The position numbers were made by a program, and so were the translations under genes. This document shows, piece by piece, positions 58,613 to 64,000 of a DNA stretch of 64,000 nt. Position 1 is the first letter of the stretch, and the number at the start of each line of letters is the position of its first letter. The stretch comes from a virus. Its lineage: Duplodnaviria; Caudoviricetes. The notes under the pieces are model-generated. The model had not been told where the DNA came from and searched no databases. It saw nothing but the letters and a program-made list of their open reading frames with translations. Where the stretch lies: IMG/VR virus record IMGVR_UViG_3300001528_000208, positions 1 through 64,000 of that record. The stretch is one strand, 5' to 3'.

Positions 58613-60013
58613 GTGAATATTATCAAATTTGAAGAACTTTCCGACGTAAAATCTGAATCTGGTGTAGTCGCGTCGCTTATCGCCGAACCGAACTTTCTAA
58701 ACTTCATCGAAAATCTGAAAGGCGACGACTTTACCGACCGCGCAAACGGCGTAATCTATGATGCGATTTGTCGCCTGAAAGAACAGGACATTCAGCAGAT
58801 TGACGCTTTCAATATCAACACGTCCATTTCTGGTGATGTGAAACTACAAAAGCGCGCAGAAGGTTGTCTTTCGCCCGATATCATCTCGCAGATTGTAGAC
58901 AACGCGAAGTTTCTGGCGCGTGGCACGTCCGAAGAATTTGTGTTGTGCGTCAACAATGTGTTGGCGATGGCGTATAAGCGCAAGCTGTATCGCGACTTGA
59001 ACGCGGCGCAAACCCGCGTGTTGTCGGCGAAATCTATCACAGATATTCAGCGCGATGTGTCTGATATTTTGGATAGCGCGGCGGATAACTATATCAACGG
59101 CGCAGACATTCCCAAGATTGGCGACCAGCTTGACGAAATCATGCAGAAGATTGAAGCAAAGCAGGGCGCAGGGCGCGGATATGTATTTGAATGTGTCCCA
59201 CAGTTGAACGACTATGTAACAATCGACAAGAATGAAATGTTGACGTTCTTGGCACCGATGAAAAGCGGCAAGTCAATCATGCTGATGGACACTGCGATTG
59301 ATGTGATTCGACAAGGCGGCAAGTGTATCTATCTCGACACAGAAATGACGGACGCGCTTTTTACACAGCGATTGATTGCATATTATTCGCAGGTGCCAGT
59401 CCAGCATATCAGACGCGGCAACTATAGCGACGATGAACAGCGTCGTGTGGAATTGGCGCTTGAAAAAATCAAGGGGCTTGAATTGTATCACAAGTATATC
59501 CCGATTTATACGTCTGATGAAATCTATGGTTATGTGAAAACAATGAAGCGTAAGTGTGGGTGCGACGTTCTTTTCTTCGATTATTTGAAACCGTCTGCAT
59601 CTACGGATGCGTATGGCACTTATGCGGAACTTGGCAATCTTACAAATGTATTGAAGAACCGTATTGCTGGCGACCTTGATATGGCAGTCGTTTCTGCGTG
59701 TCAGGCGTCAAGAAATGGCGGAATCGCGGATTCTGTTCGTATCGCACAGTATAGTTCTGCTGTTATCAAGATGGAACGCAAGGATTATGCGGACTTCAAG
59801 GCGAATGAAGCACAGGGCAACTATCGGTTTACAGTTCTTTATAATCGTCTTGGCGAACAGATGCAAGAAGGTGAACAGTGGATTGATGCAAACTTCTTTG
59901 GCAACTACGCAAAGTTCCAAAGCTGTGAACAGCATATGCAAGAAGATATTTATGGCGAAATTCCGCAGGAAGCGGTAAAAAATGAAATTAAAGGAGAAAA
60001 TAACAATGGATAA
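58613..60013 (+). CDS. DnaB-like replicative helicase
   Basis: APMKSGKS, YLDTEM, FFDYLK, Q..R, ADS. Confidence 0.88.
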   Translation: MNIIKFEELSDVKSESGVVASLIAEPNFLNFIENLKGDDFTDRANGVIYDAICRLKEQDIQQIDAFNINTSISGDVKLQKRAEGCLSPDIISQIVDNAKFLARGTSEEFVLCVNNVLAMAYKRKLYRDLNAAQTRVLSAKSITDIQRDVSDILDSAADNYINGADIPKIGDQLDEIMQKIEAKQGAGRGYVFECVPQLNDYVTIDKNEMLTFLAPMKSGKSIMLMDTAIDVIRQGGKCIYLDTEMTDALFTQRLIAYYSQVPVQHIRRGNYSDDEQRRVELALEKIKGLELYHKYIPIYTSDEIYGYVKTMKRKCGCDVLFFDYLKPSASTDAYGTYAELGNLTNVLKNRIAGDLDMAVVSACQASRNGGIADSVRIAQYSSAVIKMERKDYADFKANEAQGNYRFTVLYNRLGEQMQEGEQWIDANFFGNYAKFQSCEQHMQEDIYGEIPQEAVKNEIKGENNNG

Positions 60014-60245
60014 GAAGCTCAATAAGAATATTACGAAGGTCTATACTATCATTACTGGCGGTCTTTATCCCGACCCCGACACTGATGCCAGTTGGATTCT
60101 TGACGAATTCAACGAACTTTATGGCGTTCCCGCACAGCTTGCCCGCGACCTGCGTGACAAAATGGACGAAATCTTTGACGAATGCGACAGCGTTGAAGAT
60201 TGCAAGGATGCGCTGGAAGCTTACTTTTACGATCTTTGGGCGTAA
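60006..60245 (+). CDS. hypothetical acidic protein
   Basis: AAGGAG RBS, ORF. Confidence 0.55.
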   Translation: MDKKLNKNITKVYTIITGGLYPDPDTDASWILDEFNELYGVPAQLARDLRDKMDEIFDECDSVEDCKDALEAYFYDLWA

Positions 60246-60268
60246 CTAAATAGGAAAGGATAAATAAT

Positions 60269-60541
60269 ATGATTAAGAATCTTAAGGAAACCATTACCGG
60301 CATGACTTCCGCCAATCACGTTGACCGTCTGGTTGCTGAATTTGACCAGTTGCAGTTCCGCCTTGACAAGCTGTACGACGTGCTGAAAAAGTACGCCACG
60401 CACCAGCTTGACCATCCGCTTGATTGCGATATCAAAATTTTGCGACAGCAGGCTGACGCGATGGAAGTTTATCTTGATTGTCTTGCTGAACGTATCTGTA
60501 ACTACGAAGACTGCTGTGAGGACTGCGACCATGCAAACTGA
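60269..60541 (+). CDS. conserved phage hypothetical protein
   Basis: RL.AE..QL..R..KL...L..Q...M..Y...L.ER pattern. Confidence 0.6.
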   Translation: MIKNLKETITGMTSANHVDRLVAEFDQLQFRLDKLYDVLKKYATHQLDHPLDCDIKILRQQADAMEVYLDCLAERICNYEDCCEDCDHAN

Positions 60542-60830
60542 AGGCTGGATTTGTCCGCGCTGTGGTCGTGTGAACGCACCATGGTTGGCGTGGTGTGGTT
60601 GCAGCAACATGGATGTTGTCTGTAACGGGACTGGTTCCACACAAGACCCGTGTACGATTGGTTTGCATGACTGGAAGCAAGTGGGATATCGTCCGTCCAA
60701 GAACACATCGTCCGTTTGCACGGTCGAATATGAATGTTCGCGATGTGGCAAGCGTAAATTCATTGACACGCCAACTATCACGGCGACGTACAACGAAAAG
60801 GGCATTAAGGATTTTGGCTTGACAAGCTAA
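60531..60830 (+). CDS. Cys-rich Zn-finger protein
   Basis: GWICPRCG.V.AP, HDW...CSRCG. Confidence 0.6.
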   Translation: MQTEGWICPRCGRVNAPWLAWCGCSNMDVVCNGTGSTQDPCTIGLHDWKQVGYRPSKNTSSVCTVEYECSRCGKRKFIDTPTITATYNEKGIKDFGLTS

Positions 60831-60847
60831 ACGGAATGTGATATAAT
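60819..60847 (+). promoter_or_regulatory. sigmaA promoter for primase
   Basis: TTGACA-17-TATAAT with TG. Confidence 0.85.
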
Positions 60848-60861
60848 AATCGAAAGGTGGT

Positions 60862-61809
60862 GTGGGCATGGACGTTAAGAAGATTCGTGACAAGTTGGAT
60901 ATTGTTGATTATATCGGGCGTTATGCGGATTTGCAGACGCGCAACGGCGTAGAATTCTTCTGTTCATGCCCTTTCCACCGCGACGACAATCCGTCATTTT
61001 TTGTAAATCGTGAAAAGCAGCTTTTTCATTGCTATAGCTGTAATTCTTCTGGTGATATTCTGTCTTTTATTCAGAAATATCACAACGTTCCGTTTCGTGA
61101 AGCGGTGCAAATTCTTGAAATGGAAACTGGCGCAGAAATTATAGAAACGCCATGTTTCATCAAGGTTGCGGACGTGTTCCGCCCGAAGGAAAAGGCATTT
61201 GAACAACGGCTTTTCCTTTTGGCAGATGCTATGGAAGCATTTCCACCGTCGCATGAAATCAAGGAATGGCTTGCAGAGGGGATTACAAAAGATGTTTTGA
61301 CGCGATATGACGTGCGTTATAATGCGGATAAAACGCGAATTATGTTTCCGATTTATGATGCGGACAACAGATTAGTTACGATTAAATATCGCAATTTGGT
61401 GGCAAAACCGAAATATTCATATGTGAACAAGCTTGGAAGAAAAGATTTTCTATATAATTTCGTTAACGCGCGCGATGCAATCGTCGGGCTAAATGAATGC
61501 ATCGTTGTGGAAAGTGAAAAATCTGTGTTGAAGCTGGAAAGCTGGGGAATCCATAATTCCGTAGCAGCCGGTTCGCATGGACTGAAAGATGAAATTCAAC
61601 TGCTGGTGAAATGTCCGTTTAATACGTTAATATTTGCGTATGATGAAGATGTGACGACGGAAGAAATCTATAAACAAAGTGAAATATTAAAACATTATAA
61701 ATCGGTTTGGCGTATCCCTATGCGCGGTGTTGCGCCTAAAAATGCACCTGTGGATATGGGGTATGACAGATGGATAGAACTATACAACAAAAGAAAGAAG
61801 GTAGAATGA
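60862..61809 (+). CDS. DNA primase
   Basis: CPFH...PSF...HCYSC CHC2 finger; VE and AYDED TOPRIM. Confidence 0.88.
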   Translation: MGMDVKKIRDKLDIVDYIGRYADLQTRNGVEFFCSCPFHRDDNPSFFVNREKQLFHCYSCNSSGDILSFIQKYHNVPFREAVQILEMETGAEIIETPCFIKVADVFRPKEKAFEQRLFLLADAMEAFPPSHEIKEWLAEGITKDVLTRYDVRYNADKTRIMFPIYDADNRLVTIKYRNLVAKPKYSYVNKLGRKDFLYNFVNARDAIVGLNECIVVESEKSVLKLESWGIHNSVAAGSHGLKDEIQLLVKCPFNTLIFAYDEDVTTEEIYKQSEILKHYKSVWRIPMRGVAPKNAPVDMGYDRWIELYNKRKKVE

Positions 61810-62108
61810 TGAATGAAAAAGACTTTAAGGAATTTTATCATATTCGCGAAGCTACGTTTAAGGCGATTCACGAAGAACTGATGGAAGATAATTTCTGTAA
61901 ATCATACGAAGGCACATTTGAATTGACTATCTGCTGGCCTGATTATTTTGAAGACGATACGGCAACAGCAGAACCAGAATATTACAAGTTGACTTTGCAT
62001 TGTTATGTGCTTGGCCCAGCGCGTCACTATGACTGGTGCGGCAGAACGCTTGCAGACGCGCTCAAACTGTGCAAGAGCGACCTTATAGATTGGGGTGTGA
62101 AACTATGA
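61807..62108 (+). CDS. hypothetical protein
   Basis: Coupled ORF after primase. Confidence 0.55.
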
Positions 62109-62453
62109 ATTTTATCGGTGCGTTATTTGTGGTTTGTGCAATTTTCATGCTGATGGATGCGTCGTGTATCGTATACTTCATCCAACAGAAAGACTGGAAT
62201 TATCTTGGCTGGTCGCTTATTATTTTCATGATGATTCTGTTCATCGTGTCTATGCTTGATGCAATTTCAAAGGGGCTGATTTGATGTATAAGAACGGCGA
62301 TGTTTACCTGAATCCATGCTTCGGCGACCTTTGGTTTGTTGATGGCGATAAATTTCAGAAAATTAACTACGACTATTCGATTGACCTTGACGAACCCGAA
62401 GGATTTATTAAGGTTGGACATATCGACGGTGTAACAACCGTAGAAAGGAAATA

Positions 62454-62951
62454 TTGATGGCATTAGAGATTGAACGCAAGTTCTTAACTTCAGGCTTTCC
62501 CAATATAAAGCCAGATTGTGAAATTTCTGTCGAAGGTAGTTATGTTGTTTCTGGAACGCCAGAAGTTCGTATCCGTCGCATGGAAATCCTGACCGGCGAT
62601 TGGGAAGGCAAAGTCGATTACATGATGACCATAAAGGGTGACGGCGGTCTTACGCGCGCAGAAGTCAACCACTATATCAGCGAAAAGACATATCATGATT
62701 TGCTGGAATCGTTTCACCTGCCGACATTCCACAAATATTATCGCATTTACCACGTTGATGGTCGCGAAATCGAAATCTGTCATTGCGACGGTGGATTAAA
62801 CGAAGATTTCTACTACGCCGAAGTCGAATTTGATAACGAAGAAGAAGCAAAGGCATATATGTGGCCTTTTGGCGAAGCGAAAGACGTGACAAATAATCCA
62901 TACTTTAAGATGAAAAATTTTTGGAGGCGAACCTATGCGGTGGACAAATAA
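62454..62951 (+). CDS. CYTH-domain protein
   Basis: EIERKFL, VRIR, TIKG, AEVEF. Confidence 0.82.
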   Translation: MMALEIERKFLTSGFPNIKPDCEISVEGSYVVSGTPEVRIRRMEILTGDWEGKVDYMMTIKGDGGLTRAEVNHYISEKTYHDLLESFHLPTFHKYYRIYHVDGREIEICHCDGGLNEDFYYAEVEFDNEEEAKAYMWPFGEAKDVTNNPYFKMKNFWRRTYAVDK

Positions 62952-63807
62952 GTTCGGTCTTCCACAATCAATCTATGATGCTGTTGCAAGGGATGATTAT
63001 GACCACGGAGATGCCTATAGCAGTACGGAACTGATAAAAGATCCATGTGAAATTCTTTTGTCGCGAAGGCATTTTGACGAACTGGAAGAAGATGTAAGTG
63101 ATTCGTGGTACAGCGTTCTCGGTTCTGCCGTCCACAGCGTGATGGAACACACCAAGGAAGGCGAAAACGAAGTTCGTGAAGAACGACTGCACTATGAATT
63201 TCCAGAAGGTGCAATATCAGGAAAGTTTGACAGCCTTGATTTAACTGATGGAAATGAAGTGTTGCGCGATTATAAATGCACCAGCACATGGACGGCAATC
63301 TATGGTGATGGTGGAAAATACAAGAAGCAGCTTTCTGTATATCTCATGCTTATAGAAAAGACGCTAAACATCCGTTGTCGCCATGCGCAAATTATCCAGT
63401 TCTTCCGTGACCATTCTATGTCAAAAGCTAAATTCGACAAGTCTTATCCACAGTCACCCATTCGCGTAATCGACTACTATTTTACCGATGAAGATATCAC
63501 GCAGACCGAAGAAGATGTGCGCGCGAAACTGCGTGAAATCAACGCGCTGAAAGAAACGCCAGACGATGAACTTCCGCCATGTTCTGCTGAAAATCGCTGG
63601 GAAACGCCTACGACCTATGCCGTCAAAAAGGATGGGCGCAAGTCTGCGTTGCGTGTTTTGCCGTCAAAAGAAGAAGCCGAAACATGGATGGAACTGAACG
63701 ATGCAAAGGGTTGCTATATTGAAGAACGCAAAGGTGAAAGTAGAAAATGTATGAATTATTGTAAGGCGGCGCCATTCTGTCATTACTACTTGACAAATTG
63801 CATTTAA
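62935..63807 (+). CDS. PD-(D/E)XK (Cas4/RecB-like) exonuclease
   Basis: CP-like start, G.AVH, E, SGKFD, DYK, QL..Y, C..YC....C. Confidence 0.8.
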   Translation: MRWTNKFGLPQSIYDAVARDDYDHGDAYSSTELIKDPCEILLSRRHFDELEEDVSDSWYSVLGSAVHSVMEHTKEGENEVREERLHYEFPEGAISGKFDSLDLTDGNEVLRDYKCTSTWTAIYGDGGKYKKQLSVYLMLIEKTLNIRCRHAQIIQFFRDHSMSKAKFDKSYPQSPIRVIDYYFTDEDITQTEEDVRAKLREINALKETPDDELPPCSAENRWETPTTYAVKKDGRKSALRVLPSKEEAETWMELNDAKGCYIEERKGESRKCMNYCKAAPFCHYYLTNCI

Positions 63808-64000
63808 AATGTTAATATAATGTCGAGGTGATATTTTATGACAGTGGATGAATACATGATTCTTCACAAATACATCTGTGGGAAATTCGGCGGATGTCGT
63901 GACTGCCCAATTAACGATTGGGTTCCGTGTGACATGGAGACGCCAGAAAAGGCAATGGTAAAATGTGCTCTAATCGCCTATGAAAAATATGGTAACGCCG

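Noticed and set aside
62935-63807. Cas4-like gene as part of a CRISPR system
   Set aside because: No array or other cas genes seen; solo nucleases of this type are common in phage replication modules.
63790-63822. Further sigmaA promoter
   Set aside because: TTGACA to TATAAT spacing is 20 bp, not 17.

Overview
This 64 kb window comes from a large tailed dsDNA phage, probably of a Firmicutes/Clostridia-type host (sigmaA promoters, strong AGGAGG RBSs, CHAP endolysin). Gene order resembles Bacillus SPbeta. A short leftward block (PhoH, ClpP-like, HNH, dNMP kinase) is separated by an AT-rich divergent control region from ThyX and a YonO-like single-subunit RNA polymerase. These are followed by head genes (terminase, portal, protease/scaffold, major capsid), tail genes, a tape measure, fibre/adhesin genes and lysis genes, then a nucleotide metabolism and replication block (NrdH/D/G, dUTPase, ERF, SSB, helicase, primase). 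Three group I introns split essential genes: the RNAP inside its DxDGD active site, the terminase (LAGLIDADG cargo) and the tape measure (Vsr/EDxHD-like cargo, apparently ending in A rather than G). NrdD carries a mini-intein. A complete diversity-generating retroelement targets a CLec-type receptor-binding protein, with all 14 TR/VR mismatches at adenines. A paralogous adhesin gene has a G9 tract that, with one extra G or a -1 frameshift, fuses on a second lectin-like domain. Also present: a stand-alone TnpB in its own promoter-terminator unit, a tRNA-like RNA lacking an anticodon arm, and two promoter-gene-terminator morons. Functional calls come from motif recognition by eye; no searches were run.
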